A stretch of DNA of 64,000 bases. Source: Macrostomum lignano. Taxonomy: Eukaryota. Below the pieces are notes generated by a model that worked only from the letters and a program-made list of their open reading frames with translations, was not told where the DNA came from and made no database searches. The stretch's first letter is position 1, and each line of letters opens with the position of its first letter. The stretch spans positions 62,001 through 126,000 of the forward strand of contig NIVC01001092.1 in the NCBI GenBank assembly GCA_002269645.1, written 5' to 3'. The position numbers were made by a program, and so were the translations under genes. Below, piece by piece: positions 52,185 through 64,000 of the stretch.

Positions 52185-55100
52185 CTAGACGATGTAGCTC
52201 GCTGATGTAGTTGGACTTGTAACTGAGCCTGCAATTGCACAGATTTTGCAGTTTTGTATCCCCAGATCTGCAGTGCATGTCTAACCATCTGTCTAGCCAA
52301 GCCAGGCCCGTGCTTTTCCCTTCCATGTCTGAAGAAAATCGAAATAGAATATTGAATAGCAAGGCTAAAATTCCTGATCCCAATTTGAAATCCCACATTC
52401 CTGATCCTAATTTTAAATCCCATATTCCTGATCCCAATCTGAGATCCCAGATTCCTGATCCTAATTTTAAATCCTATATTCCTGATCCCAATCTGAGATC
52501 CCAGAGTCCCGATCCCAATCTGGGATCCCGGATTCCTGATCCCAATTTTAAATCCCAAATTCCTGATCCTAATATGAAATCCCACATTGATCCCAATCTG
52601 AGATCCCAGATTCCCGATCCCAATCTGAGATCCCACATTCCTGATCCCAATCTGAAATCCCACACTCCTGATCCCAATTTTAAATCCCATATTCCTGATC
52701 CTAATCTGAAATCCCACATTGATCCCAATCTGAGATCCCAGATTCCCGATCCCAATCTGAGATCCCACATTCCTGATCCCAATCTGAAATCCCACACTCC
52801 TGATCCCAATTTTAAATCCCATATTCCTGATCCTAATCTGAAATCCCACATTGATCCCAATCTGAGATCCCAGGTTCCCGATCCCAATTTGTGTACTCAC
52901 TCCTGCCGCCATAGCCCGAAGGCATCCGATTCCTGTTGGCCGACAGCGAAGAAGCCGAAGAAGAGACCGTCGCCATTGCCAAGTCGTCGTTTCCGCCGCC
53001 GCGACCGACGCCGCCGATGCCGTTAACTCTGCCGCCGTCGCTGCCCGAGACGAACTGCACCGGCGGCAGTCCGACTGGCGACGGATAACGCGTCTGCTGG
53101 TTGTGAAGGCTGCTGGGCTGTTGCTGCTGCTGCTGTTGTTGCTGGGAGACGGGCCGCTGCGGCTGCGACTGCCGCCGGGGATTCTCCGTCCGAAGCGGCG
53201 GCGGCGGTGGGCGCCATTCGGGCTCGAGCTCTGAGTCGAATTTTGCTAAGGACGGGGCCGTCGGTCCGAATAAAATGTAGCAGAAATTGGCGCAGCCGCC
53301 GCCGTGGTCGAACGGGTTGATCAGATCCGGGTTGCGCTTTGTGTTGTACAGGTCCTTGATCTAGAAGGTAGGGAGAGGGTTGATGAGAAGTAGCACTAGT
53401 GTTGGCCAGGGCCTTCCCGAGGGTCTGAGAGCCGTGCTACATTTCCCTGGGTGTCTAGAACCTGGCCCAGATCTCTGTAGATTGGGCTAGATCTCCCTAA
53501 GCATCTAGAGACTGTGCTACGAGCAATCACCCGTAGTATCTTCGCTCGTATAGACTGCGCACGCTAGAACACCCTGAGTATCTAGAGGATGTGCTAGATC
53601 TCTGAGGATCTGTAGACTATGCTAGACTACTCCTGGGTATCTAGAGAATGTGCTAGATCTCTGAGTATCCGGAGGCTGTGCTAGACTACCCCAGGGTATC
53701 TAGAGAATGTGCTAGATCTCTGAGCATTTGGAGGCTGTGCTAGACTACCCCTGGGTATCTAGAGGCTGTGCTGGATCTCTGAGGATCTGTAGACTGTGCT
53801 AGACTACCCCTGGGTATCTAGAGGATGTGCTAGATCTCTGAGCATTTGGAGGCTGTGCTAGACTACCCCTGGGTATCTGGAGGCTGTGCTAGATCTCTGA
53901 GTATCTGGAGGCTGTGCTAGACTACCCCAGGGTATCTAGAGGCTGTGCTAGATCTCTGAGTATCTGGAGGCTGTGTGCTAGACTACCCCTGGGTATCTGG
54001 AGGCTGTGCTAGATCTCTGAGTATCTGGAGGCTGTGTGCTAGACTACCCCTGGGTATCTAGAGGATGTGCTAGATCTCTGAGTATCTGGAGGTTGTGCTA
54101 GACTACCCCTGGGTATCTGGAGGCTGTGCTAGACTACCCCTGGGTATCTAGAGGATGTGCTAGAGATCCTCCACAATCAACAGCAGCGCTCACATCCTCA
54201 TTCGTGGAGGTCTCGCGGCAGATCAGCAGGGTGTGGAAGCCGCCAAGTCCAACCACAGAGAACAAGGAGAAAAATGCCACCAAGATGACTACCAGAGTGC
54301 AGACGGGAAGATTGAGTTGAGTTAAGGTAAACAAACACTTTAATTGCTGCTTAAAAATATCAAATATGGTAAAACTAGGTTTAAAAGTATTTTTTTGACA
54401 AAGGATATCTGGTAGGCGACTCTCTCAGCACCTGGATAAAGTCTCCATTTTTTTGCCTGCTCACTGAAATGATAGAATTGAAATGCAATAGACATGGTTA
54501 GGTAGCAGCGGTTTCATTTAGTATGGCGATAATGATCACTAGTTCAGAAAAAATATAAAATTAAGAAATGGCATCTCGTAAAAAAACTAATACTCAAACA
54601 AAACAAAACTCGAGGAAGAAAATTCAAGTAGAAATTCCATTCTTTCTAAGATCGTTGATTTCCGTGACACCCCAACTCCCAAAGATCCCAATCTCCATCA
54701 CACCCCAGCACACCAAAGATCCCAATCCCCGTGACAACCCATGACACAGACCCCAATTCAATTGGGAGACTTCTCAAGAGATCTCATTCTAGTAAATATC
54801 AAATTTTCAAAGAAATCACCCATTCTCCAGAGATCTGGATCCAAATCAGTATTGGTGTCTTTTCAAAGGCAAAAATTCCAAAGTCCAGCTTCCAAATAAG
54901 GATCCTTTAATCTGGAAAGTATCCCACTCTGACAAAGGAAATCCGTCCCAACTCAAAGCACTCACGAATAACCAAATTGATGCAGCCGAACACCATAATG
55001 TAGACGCAATAGACGGTCACGCTGGCCAAGAACAAATAAAAATATCGATAATTCCGCCTGCCAACGCAGTTGCCAACCCACGGGCAGTGGTGATCGAATC

Positions 55101-56490
55101 TGTCAACGCAATTGTCGCATGTAGAACAGTGGCTGGCCCTTGGCGGCCGCCACAGCTTGCAGGTCTGGCAGAATTTCAGCTTGAATAATCGGCCATTGAT
55201 TCGAATGTCGCGCAATGTCTCGTATTGCGGAACCGTGCTGTGCGAGGCTTGACGTGGTTTTTTTTATCGATTTATAGATTTTGTCAGATTGTGGCTGATT
55301 TTGAGCCCGATTAGCCAACCAATATTGGCAGTTTTTGAGCCTAATTAGCTAACCAATATTGCAGTTTTTGAGCCCGATTAGCCAACCAATATTGGCAGTT
55401 TTTGAGCCTAATTAGCTAACCAATATTGGCAGTTTTTGAGCCTGATTAGCTAACCAATATTGGCAGTTTTTGAGCCCGATTAGCCAACCAATATTGGCAG
55501 TTTTTGAGCCTAATTAGCTAACCAATATTGGCAGTTTTTGAGCCTAATTAGCTAACCAATATTGGCAGTTTTTGAGCCTAATTAGCCAACCAATATTGGC
55601 AGTTTTTGAGCCTAATTAGCTAACCAATATTGGCAGTTTTTGAGCCCGATTAGCCAACCAATATTGGCAGTTTTTGAGCCTAATTAGCTAACCAATATTG
55701 ACAGTTTTTGAGCCCGATTAGCCAACCAATATTGGCAGTTTTTGGGCCCGATTAGCCAACCAATATTGGCAGTTTTTGAGCCCGATTAGCCAACCAATAT
55801 TGGCAGTTTTTGAGCCCGATTAGCCAACCAATATTGGCAGTTTTTGAGCCCGATTAGCCAACCAATATTGGCAGTTTTTGGGCCCGATTAGCCAACCAAT
55901 ATTGGCAGTTTTTGAGCCCGATTAGCCAACCAATATTGCAGTTTTTGAGCCCGATTAGCCAACCAATATTGGCAGTTTTTGAGCCCGATTAGCTAACCAA
56001 TTTTTGGCGAATTTCAAAACCTCGACGACCACCTGAAGTCCCTACAAGTCTATTACATTAGTTGGGTTCTGAGACAAATTAAATTTATTTTACAGTGTAG
56101 CTCGTACTTTTCCATGGAAATCAATAAAGTGCACCCGAATCCAGATTCTCCCTATCTAAAAAGTCAAACTCTAAAAGATGCAAACTCACCCATCTCAGCC
56201 TCCATCCAGGCAGCCTCGTCGGGCCCAGCCCTGGGAATGATGCCCGGATCGCTCAGGGTGGTGCGCAGCAGGCAGGCCAGCACAAAGCCGCACTGCAGCA
56301 CGGCGAAAACTGGCACAGCTGGCGACAGATTCACTGCCAAAAAACGACAATCGAACGCGAAGAATAGTCCCGAAAACACCACCACCAGAAGCAGGGTTAG
56401 GTAGAACACTGACAGGTTCCTAGCGCACACGCAGCGACCATTGCAGGTGATCCAGCTCTTACCCTTGTACTGCTCCCAGCGCTTTGGCAT
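52185..56490 (-). CDS. ZDHHC14-like: DHHC palmitoyltransferase of the ZDHHC9/14/18 (Erf2/approximated) subfamily
   Basis: Exons: 56490-56190; possible microexon 56041-56021; about 55248-54966 (DHHC-CRD: [35 protein letters not shown], acceptor uncertain); 54463-54409; an AT-AC intron; 54296-54194 (TNED motif); 53360-52901; and a last exon either 52228-52185 (ends SYIV*) or 52329-52108. Confidence 0.9.
52365..52890. repeat. 26-27-bp minisatellite (ATTCCTGATCCCAATCTGAGATCCCAG-like) in the last ZDHHC intron
   Basis: Directly visible. It starts about 10 nt from the donor site. Confidence 0.93.
53440..54165. repeat. About 50-bp composite minisatellite in a ZDHHC intron
   Basis: Alternating CTAGACTACCCCTGGGTATCTRGAGG and CTAGATCTCTGAG subunits. 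Confidence 0.9.
54297..54408 (-). other. U12-type (minor spliceosome) AT-AC intron, 112 nt
   Basis: Donor ATATCCTTT at 54408-54400, branch point TACCTTAAC at 54329-54321, and acceptor ..TGCAC| at 54297. Splicing restores the frame [16 protein letters not shown]. Confidence 0.85.
55302..56000. repeat. 34-bp minisatellite GATTAGCCAACCAATATTGGCAGTTTTTGAGCCC in a ZDHHC intron
   Basis: Period of 34 (TGGCAG at 55801 and 55835). Confidence 0.95.
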
Positions 56491-58454
56491 TGCAACACCC
56501 TCCTGCTTTTAGCTGGTCAGCTTCAGTGAGCATGAAATAAATTATAAAGGCTGCTAAATAGGCATAAGAAGCAGCTGCCTATAAGCTGTACTAAAAAATG
56601 TTAAATCATAGAATAAATTAGAAAAAACAAAGTTTTAGTGTATCTATATTTTAAAATATATCTAACTACAATTTTTAGTATATTGGATTTGATTGGTTTG
56701 ATTATGGAAATGGGACATCTAAAATAGTTTACTAACTTTTTAAAAATCTCCTATAACCTTATGAATAAAAATATAAGTACTTAATTGCTTTAAACATGAA
56801 ATGAGTCATTTCACTTGACAAAAAAATTAACAAAGCAAATTTTACAACCAAGCTTTGAATAATTTATGCAAATCAAAAGAAAAAACATGTTAGTTTTAAA
56901 TAGTCGCTTATGGAATATGTAATAGGCCTAATATTTAAAATAGGCAGATCCTGACCTGATGGATGAAGCCACTGTTGGCAATAGTTGATACATGTGAATC
57001 TGATTTATGAAAATCCCACAAAATTCACCCTTTTAATTTTATGGATCCATGCAACAATGATTTAGAAGCTTATATGTGAAGATGGGTATGAAATTTCGTA
57101 CATACTGAGAATTCATATTGTTTTATTCTCTGGCATTGCACTTTAAAGTACTTCGAAAGTATATTTAGCTTTAATGTAAATTAAAAAAACGTCAACCTTA
57201 ATTATTCAGAAATGTATTCTTCTACTTTTAATATTTTCATTCAGAAATACAAAACTAAAGTAAAAAATTTAGTTTTAAAAAATTGTCTTAGATTATAGAA
57301 TTTTTAATTGATTATTTTTTTAACAATCTAATCTAAGCACGTTCTGCATACAAGTAATGAGACTATGATTAGTTAGTTAGAAGAAAGGCAATACTTGAAA
57401 ATACGAAGTGAATTACAAAACTGAAATCCGCCAAATAACAGATTACTTCTGAAGTTTATAATGCAAAAGAGGTATATCGTTTTTAAAGAAATAATTTAAT
57501 AATATTTGTTTATAAAAACTATATTATTAATCAGTTCTTTTTAAAATTACAACTATACTTTGTTAAGAAGAGTTGTTCTAATTTTCAGGACTTTTACACT
57601 TGAAAATATGACATTTGACATGACAATCAGTCAATGCATTCTTATGCAATACGGGTACTAGCCAATAATAGGGACAGGAAAACGAAAAAAAGTTGGAAAT
57701 TGATTTATTATTCTCTTAGTCCTCGAAAGGCATTATTATTTTGATTGGATTAGTTTTACCACAGACAAAAAAGTCACTTGAATACAAGGGAATATACATT
57801 TAACACTAAAATAGTCGGAACTCGCAGTACTCCAACGTTTATTGTTTCACATCAATAGTATTGAGTAGTCCCTGTTGCAATATTTAAAACAATACAACAA
57901 TTAGTATTGCAGGACACAGACGCATCATTAAAACTTGCGAGAACATTTCACATGTCAATCACCTTTTCTCTAATACATCACAGCTATAACTCTAATTCAA
58001 CGCAATTGGGGAAGGGAGGCAGGGCCACTACTCTTCAGTGGAGATTCGGAAAAGATGAACGGGTGAACCAAGTGCACATTCGCCAAAATACAGGCCGGCC
58101 CCTTTGGTCTTCACCCAAATGCATCCCGGTTCAGCCACTAAACGCCAACACGAACGAAACAAAGAAGCATAAAAAGAAAACCTTACTTTGGATAGCTTAA
58201 GAAAGGGGTAAGCTGCTTAATTTTACAAGTAAAAAAGTATTTTAGAAAGTTTTTTTGTTTTACTATGTATTTGTAAAGCGCGCACATTTGGCCGAATTTT
58301 TCGTGACCGAGCCGGCCGATCGTACACTAGCAAGCGAGAGTAAATTAACTTGAATTTAGAGTCTATCAAATAACAAACGTATCTTATAAATTTACTAGTA
58401 CTACAATTCAAAAGACGTACAGAGAAGTTACATTCGGTTTTTCAAGCTTTCTAA

Positions 58455-58610
<156 letters not shown>

Positions 58611-58893
58611 TGACACCAAGCCAAAACAAAGCAAATATTAGGGGCCTAGGATTTAGGAACAAAATTGGTTAGTTAAAACTTAAAATCTTTAAAAACCCTA
58701 ATACTTACATAAAAAGTAAAGAAGTTATTTAGATTCCAAATCCTTAAACATTACTGACATTATTACGATGTCTATGCAATATTATTGATAGAATTTCTTT
58801 TTATTTCATAAAATTAGTTATTTAATAATTACTTAATATCTATTAGTATTTAGGTCTATGCAAAAATTGCAATATTTTACTTATAATTATAAT

Positions 58894-61800
58894 TGTAACA
58901 AGTTGTCGTTTCCCTGTACCGTATGCACTGTGCACCCTGCTGACTTAATTTGTTGCGCAGTCGCATTCTTTTCTCCGACTCGCTTAGTTTCCATATATTT
59001 GAATGTATTCTGGAATTGATTTTATTCCCGCACGTGAATTACGCTTTTAAGCCTCGCACGCTGTCTGCAAAACATCGCCAATGGTTATAAATACAGTAAT
59101 GGTTTGAGCAGGAATCTTTAAGACTTTCTCCCCTCGGCTAAGTGAGCACAGCCGACAAGAATTGCCTGCACGACTTCGTCACTCGTATTTCAAATGGCGA
59201 CTTGGGTATTTACATTTGGCGACCACGCTAGTGTTTCATCATGTGGAACGACAACGACTTCCTGGAGCTTCGAGGACGGCTGGTCAGACAGTACAGCTAC
59301 AGCAGCTACAGCAGCCGAGTCAAGCATTGTGTCCAGTTTGAGTTCATACAACCTGTTTGTGTCTGCAGCAGCCAACAGATTGACCAACCCATTCATCGCA
59401 GACAAAGATCCACGGACGACGCGGCCAGAGTCGTATTCAACAAACCCGTTCCATGAGCATGTTCAACGTCAAGCTCGACATGTCCTGGAGCTGGAATACG
59501 CCCCACCTAACAACCTGGCTTATGCAGCGCTGCCAATGGCAAATCACCGGCTTGCTCTGCCTTCGGTGCCCAATCCTCCGCCATACAATGGTCGGGAAGA
59601 CTTCGACAACTTCCTCGTCAGGATTGGCGCTCACATTGGTCGATTCCCCGGCCTCCTGGACATCGAGAAGGTCAATACCCTGACGGCTTATCTCGGACCA
59701 GCATTCGCAACGTACACTGCCTGGCTGGCAAATGGCAATGCAGTGCGCGTACGTAGGTCTTCCGCCCGGGTCAACATTGGATCAGCTACCTGGGGTGTAC
59801 TACGAAGACCTGGTAGAACACCTCCGCTCACGTCACGGTGGTGCCAAGAGTGCAGCCCTTCTTCGACGCGAGTTCCGTGCTCGACATCGGAAACCTGACG
59901 AGAGCTTTGAGAAGTACCTGACGGAGCTCCAACGGTTGGCTGTTTGGGCCCATCCGGACCCGGGAGCCCAGGTCTTTGTGCAGCAGATAGTTCTCGAGCA
60001 GTTCATGCAAGGCCTAAACGACAGCTACGTCACTGAGCGACTGCTCAACCATCCAACTCCGCCACACACTGTGGAGCAGGCACTACGCTTCGCCCAGCAG
60101 CTTCGGGAAACGCGGGCGTACATGAGTACCAGTCTAGTGCAGCCGCAGATGTCGCCTACGCCGCCAACACCACCGAGGCCTCCAAGATCGACTGAGCTAC
60201 CAAGACCGCTGATGCCGCAGCAGTCGAGCACCGTAGGACAGCAACGACTGGAGAAAACAGTCTGTTACAGCTGCGGTCAGCTCGGCCATATTCGACGCAA
60301 CTGCCCAAACGCCGAGGGGGCTGGTCCGCGAGGCCAGCACCGGCCCTCTCAGCACTAAGACACTCGGCCTCCACTCCACGCCTCAGCAGCTGTCAGCCTG
60401 GTCAGGCGCGTTTCGTCACCGCGCGCATTCTCAGACGACGGCGCCACTGCTTGATCGACACCGGAGCAGAGGTGTCATGCATCGGCGCCGAGATCTACCG
60501 GAAGGCCAGGCGGCAGCTGCAGCCCAGCAGCATCACCATTAGAGGCGTGGACGGCAACTTGCAACGAGTGCTGGGCGAGACAACATTGACAGTGACACTT
60601 GGAATCGTTCGTGTACAACATCGATTCGTCGTACTGGAGAAGCTGCATCCGGCATCCGTCATCCTGGGCTGTGACTTCCTCAGCACCCACGACGTCTCTG
60701 TTCATCTGCAGGCCGGTTGCATCACCTTCAACAGCATAGGCGCATCAATCCCGACTCGGCAAAGCAAAGAAGCAGCGCAGACCTGCAGGCTAGTGTCGGC
60801 GGCCTCAGTTCAGCTGCAGCCAGGCGATCGGTGGATCATCCCAATCAAGCCAGCCCAGCAAGCCTCGTGGACGAAATCAGGCGCTCCTGGGATAGTCACC
60901 GGGACAAAACTACAAGGGCTGCTCATCGGTCGCTGCGTCTCAAAGCTATCCGACAGCGGAATGGGACTGGCTGTCATCAACGTCGGCGATCAGATCATCA
61001 GCATTAGCGACGGCGACATCATCGGCAGTTTCTCACCGCTCAGTAGCCACGCACGAATCCAGACGGCCGCTGGCAGCTTGGCGGTGACGACGGCGGTAGT
61101 CTCGGTTTCGGCGACATTGCAACACACGACAGACTGGTTAAACAGCATAAAAATCGAAAGTGATATTTCGGTCGACGAACAGCAGTCTGTCAAAGATCTT
61201 CTGCTGGAATTCTGCGACGTCTTCGCATCACCAGGCAACGCTGGCCGCACAGCAGTTTTACGACACCACATCGACACCGGTGGAGCGCGACCGATTCGAC
61301 AGGGCCTTCGACGTGCAGCGCGCCCGGTCATCGAAAAACAGGCCGAACTAGTCGACGACATGCTGCAAAAAGGCGTCATCCGGCCGTCATCTTCGCCGTG
61401 GGCATCGCCGATCGTGCTCGTCAGGAAGAAGGATGGGACGGCACGCTTCTGCCTTGACTATCGGCTGCTCAACCAGGTCACCAAGCCGGATGTCTTCCCG
61501 ATCCCTCGCATCGACGACACCTTGGACGCTCTGGAGGGCAACGCTTACTTTTCGGCACTCGATCTGGAGAGTGGCTACTGGCAGGTCGAAGTCGAAGAGC
61601 GCGACAAGGAAAAGACTGCTTTTATCTGTCACTAAGGCCTTTTCGAGTTCAACGTCATGCCCTTCGGCCTGCGCAACGCCCCGGCGACGTTTCAACGACT
61701 TATTCAGCTGGTGCTCCAAGGGCTGACCTGGCAAGCGTGCCTCGTTTTCATCGACGATGTCATCGTTATGGGCCGGACGATCGCTGAGCACAATTCTCGA

Positions 61801-64000
61801 CTGCGAGCAGTGCTTGAGCGGCTGAGGGAGGCAAACCTGCGGCTGAAACCGTCAAAGTGCCGTCTCGCCAACTCGACGATGATTGTGCTCGGTCATCGAG
61901 TCTCCAAGTCCGGCATCACCGTCGACGAGACCAAGACTGCCGTCATCCGCGCATGGCCAACACCAGGAAACCCTAAGGAGGTGAAGAGCTTCCTAGGCCT
62001 CACGGCGTACTATCGGCGATTCGTTCAGGACTATTCGAAGATTGCCGAACCGCTACGACGCCTGACTCTTCCGGCGGAGAAATTCCAGTGGACACCAGCG
62101 GCTGAGGCAGCATTTGTCCAACTGAAGGCGGCGCTAGCGTCAGCACCAGTCCTTGCCTTCCCGGACACCAGCCCAGACAGCTCGGAGTTCGTTTTGGATA
62201 CTGACGCCAGCGACTGTGCCATTGGCGCGGTGCTCTCTCAAGTCCAGGCCGGCGAGGAACGGGTCATCGCGTACTCCAGTCGGGCGCTGTCAAGGGCTGA
62301 ACGCAACTATTGCGTGACGAGGCGAGAACTGCTGTCGGTCGTCGACCATGTCAGAAAGTTTCGAACGTACCTGCTGCCTCGGACATTCACCGTCCGCGTC
62401 GATCATCAGTCTCTGACACATCTGCTGACGTTCAATGAGCCCGAGGGTCAACTGGCACGGTGGCTGCAGACTCTAGACGAGTACGCCCAGGCCGTCAGCA
62501 CAACAACGCCGACGCTCTATCACGGGTCCAGCAACGATGTACCAACCAATGTCGAATCTGTCGGCCGGAGCCAGTAAACATCAGAAAGACAACTTCCTCG
62601 GTGGCTTGCCAAACGGACACCGAGGCGCCAGCAGCGCCTGCTAACGACATCGTCCAGGTCAGCACCATGCAGGCGAGGCGCAAGCAAATTCTACAGCCGC
62701 TTACCAGTGAGAGTGAAGACAGCAGCGATGACGACGCGACTGAGGCACCAGCAGCAGAAAGCGGACCACCGTCTCTACGCAGAATACAGCTTCAGGATCC
62801 AGTCATCAGCCCAGTGTTCCGGCTGCTCGCCGACGGCAAGACCATATTCACCGATCGGCAGCGCGACAAAGTGCCGTCGGAGACCCTGGTGCTGGCACAA
62901 AAGGTACACGATCTGTGCTTCGTCAACGGCGCCATGCACCGCCTGGTCAACGCGAAGCCGGTGCCGGTCATCCCTCTCTGTCAACAGCGCGACGTCATCT
63001 ACGAGGTCCACAACATCGGCCACCTGGGCGAGGACAAGACGCTGGCCAGCCTCAAGGCGCGGTTCTACTGGCCGAAGATGGCCGAAAGCGTCCGGCTGGC
63101 TGTTCGTTCATGTGGAGTCTGCCAGCGAGCCAAGACGCCGCTCATCAAACGTGCGCCGTTACAAAGTATCACAGCGGGTTTCCCCATGCAGCGCGTCGGG
63201 TTCGACGTCGTCAAGGTCGGCGTCTCCAAGAATGGCAACGATCGTCTACTAACGATCATCGACTACTTCAGCAAATGGGTGGAGCTGGTGCCAATGCCGG
63301 ACGAGAAGGCAGCAACTATTGCCAAGGCGTTGTTCAGCCACTGGATCGCGCGCTGGAGAGCTCCACATGTCTTCCATTCGGACCGAGGCAGAAGCGTCGA
63401 CGGCCGCATTGTCCGAGGTCTCTGCAGCCTGCTGGAGATCGACAAGACCCGAACATCAGGCTACCATCCGCAGTGCGACGGCCTGGTGGAACAATTTTAT
63501 CGGACGCTTCATCAAATGCTGCGCTGTCACCTCCAGACCGTCAATCCGCCGGACTGGGAGGACGCCCTGCCGCACTGTCTCCTGGCCTACAGAAGCAGCA
63601 TCAGCGCGACAACAGGGTTCTCCCCGCACTTCCTGTTGACTGGCCGAGAGGTGGTGCTGCCGTTGGACGTCGTCTACCGGCCGCCAGAGCCCCCAGCGAT
63701 CGTCGGCCAGTACGCGGTGGAGACCGTCCAGCGGCTGCAGGACGCCTTCGAAACAGTGCGGAGGACAACTGGTGCAGCTCAGAGGCGTCAGCGGCGGTAC
63801 TACGACCGGAAGGCAAGGAAGCGGAAGTTTCGTGCTGGCGACCTCGTTTGGCTGTTCGTGCCTCCCGCTGTGCTCTCCAGAACCAACGGTCTGCCGGTGA
63901 AACATCAGTCGCCGTGGACTGGCCCATTCAACGTCCTTCGCAGAACGTCGCCGGTCAACTACCTGATTCGGCCCGTCGATTACCGAGACGGCGAGATCAA
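58894..64000 (+). mobile_element. Ty3/Gypsy LTR retrotransposon, defective and cut by window end, in RAB6 intron 1
   Basis: Putative 5' LTR 58894-59192 (TGT...CA) followed by a TGG PBS-like site. Gag 59194-60358 has a CCHC knuckle (CYSCGQLGHIRRNC). Protease LIDTGA, RT (FIDD), RNase H and integrase (HHCC, then D..D..E, open to 64000) follow in PR-RT-RH-IN order. The LTR is unconfirmed because the 3' LTR is absent from the window. Confidence 0.93.

Overview
This is animal genomic DNA with GC-rich exons and AT-rich introns packed with minisatellites and transposons. The style suggests a Macrostomum-like flatworm, but that is inference only. I assembled the spliced genes by hand from splice sites and recalled homology. 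They form three divergent pairs: PSMC3(-)/AP3M(+), ENKUR(-)/ZNF384-rotund-like(+), and ZDHHC9/14/18-like(-)/RAB6 exon 1(+). There is also a single-exon gene for a small secreted Cys-rich peptide. Mobile elements are: a P-superfamily THAP element with 137-bp TIRs and a hAT-like element nested in its THAP domain; MULE-like and hAT-like MITEs; a deleted Tc1/mariner element; two RTE fragments; and a decayed Ty3/Gypsy element running off the window end. About 20 tandem arrays account for most of the long repetitive ORFs in the track. The top findings are a U12-type AT-AC intron in the ZDHHC gene, a knottin-like secreted peptide with an unusual CCC motif, the nested P/hAT element whose THAP gene can be rebuilt, and a dispersed element carrying a 20-bp minisatellite. 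No database searches were run.
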